From Marsupella aquatica (taxonomy: Eukaryota; Plantae; Marchantiophyta), in assembly GCA_973895155.1 (NCBI GenBank), contig OZ316894.1, forward strand, positions 6,844,234-6,908,233: DNA of 64,000 nt, written 5' to 3'. The notes under the pieces were generated by a model. The model did no database searches. It was not told the origin of the DNA and saw only the letters and a program-made list of their open reading frames with translations. This document shows, in pieces, positions 25,620 through 37,149 of the stretch. The position numbers and the translations under genes were made by a program. Position 1 is the stretch's first letter, and each line of letters starts with the position of its first letter.

Positions 25620-25840
25620 TGCCTGTCGGGAGCACGATTGGGAGCTGGTTAAGGGGGATTGCGCGCGATTGGGAGCGATTGGGAGCGATCAATTTAGGGA
25701 GCTGGTGAAGGGGGACTGCGCGATTGGGAGTGAGTGAGTATAGAGCGATTCAGGGAGCTGGTGCTCGTGAAGGGGGACTGTGAAATCACTTGGGATTGCC
25801 TGTCGGGTGATTGGAGTGAGTGTCGAGCGATTCAGGGAGA
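25620..25840. repeat. Degenerate G-rich ~45-50-bp repeats upstream of the MULE accessory ORF
   Basis: gggagctggt..aaggggga(t/c)tg(c/t)g...gattgggag recurs 3-4 times. Confidence 0.6.
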
Positions 25841-25959
25841 TCAAGGAGTGAACGTTGGGCAGGTCGGTTGGGTTTTGAACCCAACCAAGGTAGTCATGGT
25901 GCCCCATGCCAAGAAACTAACATTGGCAAAGGAGGGACAACATTTTCGCGAGCATTTTT

Positions 25960-28900
25960 GATACCGTGTAGGCGAGCAGGGAAACCACGTATTCAAGTGT
26001 ATATGCGCCGGTCATGCTCCTCACGGTTTCTCTTCGTTCAAGTTGTTTCAGACTCACTTGAGCACCAAGCATGGCCGAAAACTCCCTGCTGATTTGTTGG
26101 AGCCAGGCCTGCCTTGGTTGAGTTCAAAAATCAACACCTCTCGTCCCGCCAAGAAACCACAGAAATGCAGCAGTAGCAGTGGTAAGAAGATGAAAGGTGC
26201 GTCATGGATTCAATTGCGGTTGACTGCCAAGCTAAGATGGCAAATGACAAAGCAGCGCAAAAAGAATCAATTGAAGGTGGACTATTGCGTTTCAGTTCTG
26301 GGGAAGAGGGAGCCATCGGTTCCATCGAAATCGGTGCTTGTTCATCTCATTAAGGTCTACCACATTCGTCCAAAGGAGAAGAGTGGTTGAGGCTGCTTGG
26401 TAGACGACAGTTTCTTTGAGATGTTGCAAGAGCATGTCAGCTCTGCTCCTATCACCAATGTTGTGTATCACTGGGCCGAGCATGTGCAGCAATTGCCTGC
26501 TCAGTTGCCTGTGGATCAAAAGTTGCATGCTTTGCAGGTTGATTGTCGACTATTACAAGTACCTTTTCCGCTGAGAGATGTCCCTGCCCAATCTGTCCAA
26601 CCTTCAGCAGGTGAGGAGAGTAGAGAACTCGTTGTTGCAAACGCCTTGGAGTTTTTGAGGAAGAAAAGGGAAAGTCTGTTGTGGAAAGTTGGAGCAAAAG
26701 AAATCAATTTTGACCATGCCTATACATACTATGTGAAGTGGAAAAAGGAGCAAAAGCATCTGTCAATTGCCACAGCCGATCGGAATTGTGTGAAATATTA
26801 CACAGGTGATGGCATGTCACAAGAAGAAGCAGAGGCAGCGGTACGTAACACAATCATTTTACTTGCCTTTGCATTGTTGTGTATACTTCGCGCACAATGT
26901 TTACACCAGTTTTTATATTGCAGGCTGGAGTTCACAAAGTGTGGGTTGATACCTCAGATGAGGAGGGGTACGAGCCCACCCCTGACAAGTGGGGATTAGA
27001 TTATCATGAGTCCTCTGATGAAGAAGACGCAATAGAGGTATAGTTCCTCTTCCCCTTCTGCCAATGATTTTTCTGAATCTGTAGAGTTTGACAACATTGA
27101 CCGGAATGTCTACTGTGACACGGGTAACGTGTCACTTGACCAAACCCAGGTCGTAGATTAGGACTTATACGGTCATTAGGACCGTAGCCATAGTGTAGAA
27201 TAGCACGTATAGCCGTCTGTTGCCATTATGATTAGATTAGGAGTAGGTTAAGATGATCGAATCATTACGAGTTAAGGAAGGGGGAGAAGGCTTAGTTATC
27301 TCAGCAGAGGGAAGGTGAGGCACGGGGAGTCCCGGCCTGAGCAGGGTCAGAGTGCACCAAGGAGTGAGAGCCAGAGTCGAGCTTGCTGGGCAAGTGCGAG
27401 GCAGGGCCTCGTAGAGACTGGGCATCGACTGCCGTTGGGCCTGCTGACCCCCTTTGAAGTCGAGTCAACCATGTAAACTGATGCTTCGCTGAGTAAATGT
27501 AGTCTTTTCCCCCTAATGTTTCTGCAAGTAACTGGTGTTGTGTGTATGCTTTGTCTGGGTAAAGGCGCCATTTTAAGGGACGTACCAGGTGCGGACTAAT
27601 GGTAGGGATTGCCACTCATTGTATGTCACAAGGTCCTGTCGTGTCGATGGCTTGAAAGGCCCCAAGCCGGGAGTTAGTCCGAGTCACTAACTGAGGGAAT
27701 ATTCCAGCAGTGGAAAACAAATATACCTATGACTAGTACGAATTATTCAGGTGTTATACCGGTAAGTATATCGACTTAGCCCGACTTAGGGCTAATTGAG
27801 GTCACTACACACCTCCTTGACCGAACCCTCACCCTTACTGGTGGTCGAGGTCGCACCATGGCACTAAACTGGATTTAAGGCCCAGGTTAGCGGCGCGACA
27901 TCTACAAAACTTCAGGTTCCTTTGAATGACGAAGCTGAAGCCAAAGAATCAAGGAAGAAAGGAAAGCCACGCAGGAAGCCAAACAAACCCAAGAAGCAGC
28001 CTCCACAGAAAATTATGCCTCCTGTTGACACTTAGGAAGCCGATGAGGTAAAATTTGCACTTCCAATGTAAGTATCCCATTTGTATACCGTGATATCAAT
28101 GTATGCACGAGTGTATGCACGATGGTTTAGTGCTCTTAGCCCGAGTATTGCTTTTTTAGGTTCCTCCCAACAAAGGAGCCGAAGCCAACCAATCAAAGCG
28201 GAAAACAAAAAGAACCAAGAAATCTGTAGAGCCACCACCGAACGACAACACCACCCTTCCCGTAGATTCTCAACAAGCTGACCAGGTAACGTTTAAAGAT
28301 GATTTAAGTTCTTTGCAACATCTGTAAACAGTGTGGAGAACGTTTCCTGTTTTATCAACACTGCAAGTTCAAGAGTATATAGGACATTATGTTGAATACC
28401 ATGATGTTAATGTATACTCACTGTTCTGTACCCCGAGTACTGCATTTTAGGTTCCTGAATCCCATGAAGGACCTACACCCGAACAATCTGTAGAGCCACC
28501 ACCAAACGGCAACACCACCCTTCCCGTAGATTCTTAGCAAGCTGACCAGGTAACGTTTACAAATGAAAGTTCTTTGCAACATCTGTAAACAGTGTGGAGA
28601 ATGTATCCTATTTTATCAACACTGCAAGTTCAAGAGTAGGACACCATGATTATGTTGCATACCATGATGTTAATGTGTACTTACTGTTTGAATGCGCCTG
28701 TACCCCGAGTATTGTATTTTAGGTTCCTGAATCCCATGAAGGACCTACACCCGAACAATCTAAGAGGAAATCAAAGAGAACCAAGAAATCTGTACAACCA
28801 CAGAAGCCCGCGCCTGAGGTAAGCGTGTTTTCAATAGGCCAAGGAGGAACATTCCACGGTAGACAGTGGTAAAAATGTATTCTATGTGTACTTATTTGAT

Positions 28901-29670
28901 TTAAACATGCAATCACCTTAGTTTGTAATGATAGGGACCAAAGGAAGGAGAGCAAGCAACGGCAAGTGAACCTAGACGTTCAAAGAGGAAGCAAACAACT
29001 GCTCCCACCAAAGAGAAAATTGCCCAAACAAAAAAAACGACCAGAACTAAAACCAAGGTAAGTACAAATCATTGTGTACTATGTGGCCATATTGTATAGG
29101 GACTAAACACATGATTCGCTTGATACTGATTTCAGCTGTACAATTGCAGGATTCATCTAAACAAGTCCAGGATGTCAATGCACAACCAGCACCAGAGGGA
29201 GGCAACACTATTGATACTTAGGGTACTGCCCTTCCACCGAATGTGTCTGCAATCCCATCAGGAGAGGTGACTGCACCGGTAGGGAGCACACCTTCTATTG
29301 TCGAGCGATTGGTGGCATGATTGATTGGTAAGATGTGTTTCTTTGCTGATTGCTTTCATATGTGAATTTGCAAGAGTACCAGAAACCACCTGATCATGTG
29401 CAACCAGACCCATATGCAAGTAGACGTCGGAGAAAATTGACAGTTCGTGGGCCATTGGGCAAGGCGCAAAGTGAATTTGTAATCCTGGGGTCTGTACCAC
29501 AAGAGGTCACTGTGCAGGAGGACGATATTTTGGATTCCTTGCACGCATCACAAATTCTCCAAGACTGTAGCCAGGCTGATGTTACCTCTTTTCACAAGGC
29601 AATCGATAAAATGATTAGTAATATGGATGAAGTTTAGGGTACAATTAGCAATATCCGAGGGATAGTCTAG
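25960..29670 (+). pseudogene. Decayed spliced ORF convergent with the Mutator transposase (putative MULE accessory gene)
   Basis: Long reading frames 26043-26390 and 26397-26840 are separated by one in-frame stop. Several GT-AG introns follow, with Lys/Pro-rich exons (KESRKKGKPRRKPNKPKK) and a last exon ending ...AIDKMISNMDEV. Exon-intron units are duplicated at 28140-28800. No known domain recognised. Confidence 0.45.
27114..27900. mobile_element. Solo LTR (787 bp) with 5-bp TSD
   Basis: Begins TGTGAC and ends GCGACA (TG...CA). Flanked by identical TCTAC at 27109-27113 and 27901-27905. No internal coding domain. Confidence 0.85.
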
Positions 29671-29889
29671 GGTACCTAGCCCTGTTTTGTCACCAATGTG
29701 TTCATGATAATAAATATGAAATGTTTCTGCATTTCTTGCTCTCTTTGAAGACTATATAACATGATCTGTTCCAAAAATGGTCATAGTAGATCTGTGTCTG
29801 GGATACAATATGTATGTTGTATTCACATTTTCTCTGACTTTACGACAAAGACGCCCCACTGTCGAATCATTCCCACTGACAAAGACGTC

Positions 29890-30440
29890 GGGCCCGCCAA
29901 AGCCTGCCCAAATGGACAAAACCTACGGAATTTGAACACAGGAATACTTTTTCCATGAATACACTGGGGACATTGTATTCAGATTTCACACTTAGGGAAA
30001 AAATTGTCCCTCCAACTTTATGAACACGCCCTCCGCCGAAGCCTGCCCAAATGGACAAAACCTACGGAATTTGAACATAGGAATACTTTTTTCATGGATA
30101 CACTGGGGACATTGTATTCAGATTTCACACTTAGGGAAAAAAATTGTCCCTCCGACTTTACGAACACGCCCTCCGCCGAAGCCTGCCCAAATGGACAAAA
30201 CCTACAGAATTTGAACACAAGAATACTTTTTTCATGAATACACTGGGGACGTTGTATTCAGATTTCACACTTAGGGAAAAAAATTGTCCCTCCGACTTTA
30301 CGAACACGCCCTCCGCCAAAGCCTGCCCAAATGGACAAAACCTATGGAGTTTCAACATAGAAATACATTTTTCATGTATACACTTTGCACGTTGTATTCA
30401 TATTTCACACTTACAAAAAAATTCATTCACTTGAACTTTA
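29890..30440. repeat. ~4 copies of a 140-bp tandem repeat
   Basis: gcctgcccaaatggacaaaaccta starts at 29902, 30041, 30181 and 30321. The repeated ORF translations there reflect this repeat. Confidence 0.95.
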
Positions 30441-30989
30441 CAAAGACAGTCGGGCCTAAATGGAAAAAAGCTTGCCATATTCAACATTTTAATAATCATA
30501 CAGCACATGCACCATGGAAGGCGTACTCAGACCTAACAATTGCAAATAAAAGGCTTCACTCCTCATTGGATGGAATACAACATCCACTTTGTAACAAGTT
30601 GAACTCATTCAAGGTAGTGTTTAGGTCTATGCACAAATGTGCCCTACTACCATCTAACTTCCCAATACAGTGAATAGTAGACTGTGATGTATATGTCTAC
30701 TCTGTGATATCTACTTCATGAGGTAGCCCAAAATAGGGCAATTATCAGCAACTTCTTTAGCAAGTTCAGTGATGCGTCGCGCCCACTCATAATCCAAGGA
30801 GTTTTGAATGTGTGGATTGGAAGGCATAGTACCACTGCCTATTGTTGGTGCTCCAACGGTGACAAGCCACTCACTTTCTCCAGCATTGTTCACAGTGTCA
30901 TGCTCTTCCCCTTCCACCTGCGCATTACAATAACACTAGAATAAGTAAACAAATTTTTATGAAACTAAGACTTTTATATGGACCTTCTC

Positions 30990-33150
30990 TATCTTGCAAC
31001 ATTATAACATTTGGTACCTGCTCATCTTCAGCTATTGCTTGGGCATCTGAAACTTCTTTGCAAGATCGTTTGTTGTGGCCAACTTTTCCGCACGTACACT
31101 TTACATTACTAACCCCGCTTCCTTTTCTTAGGTAGGATCTCAACCATTGGGAGGCCACTCGCAGAGTTTGCACCTGGAAACGGAATGCCTCTCTCATTGT
31201 CATCATCCATTGGATATCTGAGACACAGCCTTCTTGTTGGATCAAGATGGAAGTCCTCCCCATTCCCTAAAGCCCTGGAACAAGTTTCCCCATGAATTCT
31301 TACCATTCGATGTCGCCCATTCACTACAGCAGGCTCTGGAGCATGACAACTTAAGCTCAATGGAAGGTGAGTGGAAACAAAGCTAGGTAATACACCATCA
31401 TAAAGTAAAAGCAAAGACTGTGTCCGCCAGCATTTATGAAAATGCCTAGCCGGATTCTTTCCTGTTTCATCATCCCATGCCAACATATGTTGGCATGGCC
31501 AAACCATCTCCTGCAGCTCCATGCAGGTGCACTTTGGTTTTGGTGACAAAGTGACAAGATACTCCTCACTCCCTGTTGTAGTCTGAATTTTGGCAGTGGA
31601 TTGACCATCACTGAATACCTGTAGCATGACAGTATGAAATATGAAGCGTGAGACAATCCATCCTCCACATGTGGTCAAAATGTTCGTTACAAAAGGAAAA
31701 GAAAGAGCCAATTTGCACCTGGAATTGTTGGAAGTTCTGCAAGTTGGTATTGTATCGTAGTTGTGCTGGTTTTGACAGTGGTTCTTGTCTGCATGCAACC
31801 TCTATTCTCCTGTCTTTAAACTTTTGTTGAATGCACACCCAAAGAGCCACCAACAACTTTCCAGGTGCTAGCAGACAAAATGTTAATAATCCAGAATTTG
31901 CTTGCTTGGCTGGATTACTTGTGACCTTACCCATGCGAGGGAGTGGGAATGCATGCCTGGCATAACATTTCACATCCAGACTGCAGATGTAATCTGCTGC
32001 ATCAACTCCCTTGCCGGCTATCAATGAACCAGATAGTCGATCTAGCACAGACTCATATCTGAATTGAAAGAGACAAAATACATGAGTGACAATGTTTACA
32101 GAGACAGAATACATCAAGCACAATGTCAAAATACATAGAATACATCAATTACAATGTCTGAATAGGCAAATTGCTTTCATATTGGTCCTAGTGAGCGTAT
32201 TTACTTACTGGTGCACATCATTGGCATATATAGACACATCCGTAGAAGAATTCACTTGTTGTTCTACCATGCCTGGTCTTCACGTTTGCCCTTAAATGAT
32301 TTGCGCATTGTGCATGGATCTTTCCTACTGTCCAAAAATAATAAATTAGATTTTGTACTCCAGTTAGCACATCATCATAACTCTCAAATTTGACAGAATT
32401 AAGCAATCTAAGTGTGGAAGGGTGTTACCTGGCCAAATCTGACTTACAGCAACAGTGAGACCCTTTTGACGATCTGACATGATGACAATGTCTTGACTAC
32501 CAATGCCATATACAACTCTGTCCATTAATTCTAGAAACCAAAGCCAGTTCTCTGTGTTTTCAACTGGTGCTACTCCATAGCAAAGTATGACACCGTTTGA
32601 GTTCCCATCCAGGCATGTAGCTAAAACAGTTGAGTTGGATATTTTCTATTCTTGGTGTGACAAGCATCTAAACTAACCATCGGCTGAGTATAGTTAAGTG
32701 CTTTCCTGGTGGCAGATGGACATATGAATGCTCTACAAAAAATGGTGGAGTCCTCTATAGTGCACCAATGTGCAACACAGCCAGGGTCTGTCTCTCGAAT
32801 CCTGTCAATCAATGCTGGGATCATCTGAAAAGATGATTTCTGTGAGCCAGCGGTCCAATGCCCTACAAGATCTTTGCCCCGCCACATTTGCTGGTAGTTA
32901 CTTCCTCGTTTGTAGTCACCTTGGAAACCAGACAACAATTCCTTCACAGGCATTTTCAGATTTCTGATGATTCTTGGAGCCAATGTTACCCCCAACCATG
33001 CAGACTTGTGAGTAGGAGCTCTCCACTTGTGAATGTGAGCAGCACAAGTATGTGTTAGTTCACATACAGTGATAATATGACCCCCACCATTCACTCTACT
33101 GCAATGTACTCTGAAAGGACATTCCTCCTCTGAGTAAAGCAAGTCCTCTG
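30990..33150 (-). mobile_element. Mutator-like (MULE/MuDRA-type) transposase, inactivated
   Basis: MuDR zinc motif CPFRVHCS...HTC; D1 SLDACH; LATCLDGN...VAPVENTENW; D2 IMSDRQKGL; CANH; SWIM CTC.ELQ...WPCQH; zinc knuckle CTCGKVGHNKRSC. There is a 1-nt frameshift at ~32623, and the third catalytic residue reads K in TSNPAK (31905-31907). Confidence 0.9.
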
Positions 33151-34239
33151 GTCCTGGTTGAGAGGGCTAAGTAGATCTGGACAACTGTCCAGAAGCTCCA
33201 GTTGCAGATGGCTTCCTAGCTTTCTGTTGACCAGGTTTACGTGGGTGTTGCGAACCAGGTAACCAAACGCTAGTGTGTTGGACTATGGACTTTGGTCTGT
33301 TGTGCACAACTCTTCCTTGTGTAGACAAAACAGTATTTTTGTGCAAAGTTTGTTGTACAAATATAGGTGCATTTTGGTGCACGGATTGTTGTGTAGACAA
33401 TGACACATTTGTCTGCATGGTGTTTGCTTGAATTGCTGAAAGCGGTGCATGAGGTTGCTGACGAGCAAGAGTGATCTGATTAATGCCATTATGAAATTGA
33501 CGATCTTCAATCTGTAAAACCCCATGATTGTACACACAAAGAATTTGAGCAAGTGATTGTAGGATGTCCCAAAATGTAAAAAGGTGGTGGCAGTGGCAGC
33601 GGCAGCACACACCTCTGCTTGAGTGCGAAATCTATTCTCTTGTTGCGTAGTTTGCTGCAATGTGTTCCTCTAGACCATAACCACTAGGGGCCCACCAGAG
33701 TTATGTCCATAGAAAGTATTGGGGAAAGAACCATGATTGGGATGTCATGTACATGTCAAAAAAACAGCTTGCATGATGATTTTTTTTCATCATGTCTATT
33801 CATATTCAAATAATAGGCATTTAGGCTCGTAGGATAATCTTCATATTAAATTGCACTGCAAAGCTACTTTGAGGACCTACGTCTCTAGAGACTGAAGCAG
33901 ATAGACTTAGGGGGCAATTATCAAATTAGGGCAGGGGTGAAAATGGGGGTTGGGGTGGAGCAGTGTTGGGAGTAGTGCGCCACATTAGATAATAGGGTCA
34001 CATGTGAAGAGAGTCAATGGATTAGGGACGCCATCAGTACGTGAAGAGGTAGCTGTTGTCATTGCACGTCAAGAGCTTTGGTTAGCTTTTGGGGTTAGCT
34101 GCTGTCATTGAGGGTTGATATGTCTTTTATCCTCACCTCTATTCATGTTCAAAGGATGGGTAGTCGTGCTAATACTAGATAAAGTAACCCAACTGCTCTT
34201 CTATATTAGTGAGTGTTGTGCCTTCTATAGAACTAACTA

Positions 34240-34629
34240 CTGTCTTCCCCCAAACACAGCGCCCAGGTGTTGTGTTCAAAAATCAGTTGTTTCAGGTCTC
34301 CATAAGAAAAAGTATGTTTTCTTGAAACACAATGTCATTGTAATATAGCGCCCGGGTGTTGTGTTTGAATGTTGGCGTTATGTTCGAAGCATTGGACACT
34401 TTGTTTTGGACCCTAAACTATTTTACATTGAGCACAAATAGTAAAGCATTCAAGAATCATATGTCAATGCCAATATTCAAACACAATGTCAATATTTCAA
34501 CACAACGCCCATTTTCAAACACAATGCCCTGAAAATACAAAAAAATGAAAACATATAGTCACTCGAACACAATGCCCCGGGCGCACTATTTGAATACAAG
34601 GCCATGGCGTTGTGTTTAGGGGAAAACGG
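34240..34629. mobile_element. MITE, Tc1/mariner-pogo type, TA target duplication
   Basis: Left end TA|CTGTCTTCCCCCAAACACAGCGCC..TTGTGTTCAAA; right end reverse complement TA|CCGTTTTCCCCTAAACACAACGCC..TTGTATTCAAA (~42-bp imperfect TIR). Internal aaacacaa sub-repeats. Confidence 0.8.
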
Positions 34630-35385
34630 TAGGCTGATGACCTGTTCCTTCAACTTAAATAGAAATGAGGAGAGACAAAAACCTTGTAGGAATTGAAAAA
34701 GGAATCCATGCTACTTCTGTTTATCTTTGCCCTATCCCTTTGTTTGTCTGCACCCTTGCTTATTGTGCACTCTTGCTTTCTGTATACACCCCCACATTCA
34801 GAAATGCCCTTAGTCTGGTGGCTTCAGTCTAGATAGTAAGAGACGCAGGGACTTTAGATTGAGCTTTATCAGTTAGATTATCCTGGCTGCTGCCAAGAGA
34901 CCCTTCAAACTAATACATTTGGAATGGTCTTCAGGTAGATTAACAACACTCGCCCCTATCAAGATGCCAGTTGTCGTTATATATTGCACAAGTTCAAGAG
35001 TGGGCTTGAGCTCCACAAAAGGTGGTGAGTGCAAAACCTTTTATTGGCAAGTGCCCCCCTTTTTATGGTGATATACTATTCACCACCACAGGACAATGAT
35101 GAGGAATGAGTAGTGAGTGAATAGGGTTTTTATAGTGGCAGGTGTGGGTTGCTGGTAATCATCCTGACTCTACTCATCATTGTATCCTGGAAAACAGCTT
35201 TTTTTTTAGTAGCCAAAATTTGCCAAATTCTACCTCCCAAAAAACTTTTTGCCATTTTTGTCTAAAATTAGCTAATATTTTTCTTTCTCATTAGCCAGTG
35301 TTCCATTTTATCACAGGTCCCATTAGCCAGAATCTAAGATCACCCTTAAATCTAGGGAGATTTGACTGAAAATAATCAAATAAAG

Positions 35386-35443
35386 AATATTTTGAGCATC
35401 TTCTTAATATTTTGAGCATCTTCTTAATATTTTGAGCATCTTT
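35386..35443. repeat. 20-bp tandem repeat x3
   Basis: aatattttgagcatcttctt repeated three times. Confidence 0.9.
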
Positions 35444-37149
35444 TCTTTCACACATGGACATTCGCTACTCTGGCAAAAAAGTAAAAACCTTAAAAGAAAT
35501 ACTCCGCCTGGAAATGTACACAGCGGATGTCGTCATTGCTGGTGAGTCCAATCATTGCTTCGTGTGCAGTTACCACCAGCCCCTTGGCCTTTGCAGGACC
35601 CATCCAAAACCCGTTCCAAAAATATACTCGGCAGTTCCTCTTTTCTATAGTCAGCTTTCCATCCCGGTTTTTGGGCCGCAGTTGCACGTCATCCACAGAC
35701 TCTAAACAAATTACTGTGCAACTCTAAACAAATTACTGGCAAGCTGATATATATGACCTACTTGTTTCCTCCATGAATGTCGGCCTGCGAGGTCGGTTTG
35801 GCAGAAATGCGGGAGGGAGAGAGGGAGGAAAGGCTACGGAGCTATGATGAGTGACTGAACGCAAATAAATTGTGAGAGGGAGAGGATCAAGCATATCTAC
35901 AGGACGCAAACTACCTAAATAAGTCAAGAGATTGATTGGAAAGTGTTGCTGTAGCAACTTAGTCATTGGCTCTTAACTGTTCTTCGCTCACTACAGTTGC
36001 TTGAGAGTAGTTACAGGAAGATTGTTTTACTTTGCGTATGAAAACTGTCAAATCATTGTTTTGACGTTAGTTTAAGATGGAAATAAAGCTACGAATCCAA
36101 AACTTCTGCCAAGGATACCGTGATGTTGGGGGAACTTGCGGTAGAAGAAAGGCAACAGTCTGTACGATAGTAGTATGATGTGGTGACTCGTGAGGGGGAG
36201 AGGAACAGTAAGAAGCTAGAACAGGCTGGTGCCACCCATGACTCGGTCGATGGAGTGGCGATCATTAAGTGAATATTTTCCTATCATCAGTCCGACAGCA
36301 CTCATCTACAGTACTTCCGGGTTCGCATCCAGTCGCACTCAACATAATTATACCTACCTGCCGTGCCGCAAATTCCAATCCAGACTAGGCCACTTCAGGC
36401 CCCGGCCTGATTTCCTGATCCCAGTCGAGCTCCCTATGAGGTAAAATGTTCCTAAACTTGGCATAGAGCAGTTTCCTTCCTGGTTAGTAAAAGAATAATT
36501 TCGGTGAGCTTAACACGCCTACTTACAGCCAGACGCTATCTACGCAGACATCCCACTCAGGGGCAAGGCAAGGCTAGCTGTCATTGACGTTGGTGAGAGG
36601 AATCTCTGTAGCTTCTTCGTCTTGATTTCATCGGCATTGCTAAACCACTCCGTAAGCAATAGATGAAAGGGCGCAGTTTGACTTCCTCGTTAATCAGGGA
36701 TCGGAGAACAGTCATTTGAAGTGATGTCGAGTGGCACCATTCCGTAGGAGCCATTCGCAAACCTGCAATACGGGCAGAGGCAATATGAATCCAGGCAGGT
36801 GCGTAGTCCTGATCCTTGACAGGTGAAACGGAAAATGACTTCCTTTTATATAGTGTGGCTTCGAATGGCTCAGGATCCCCAATAATTTAGTTCGCTTTCC
36901 TTCCCTTGCGTCTTTTGTCATCATTTTTGCCTCCTCTGTGTCGTTGTCACATCTTCGGTGGTGGTAGAGCATTGCTAATTGGTGCAGTTGGTGGGAGGGG
37001 GCGATTGGCCACCTATTTCTCTTCTCTCTATTATCTACAGGATCGAGATCACTGATCCCTGAATGACAATATTAATGACCGTCGCAGCTGTGCATGCTGC
37101 TCCAGTAGCATTGCCCTCCCCTATAATTATAGCCCTACGCCCGTGCGTT

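Noticed and set aside
29890-30440. Regularly spaced repeats resembling a CRISPR array
   Set aside because: The whole 140-bp unit repeats with no unique spacers, there are no cas genes, and the context is eukaryotic.
24300-35350. Search for TIRs and a 9-bp TSD bounding the MULE
   Set aside because: No convincing inverted termini found by eye, so the element boundaries are left undefined.
35454-36972. Short ORFs and a possible minus-strand exon (36762-36527)
   Set aside because: No recognisable protein family and no extendable reading frame.
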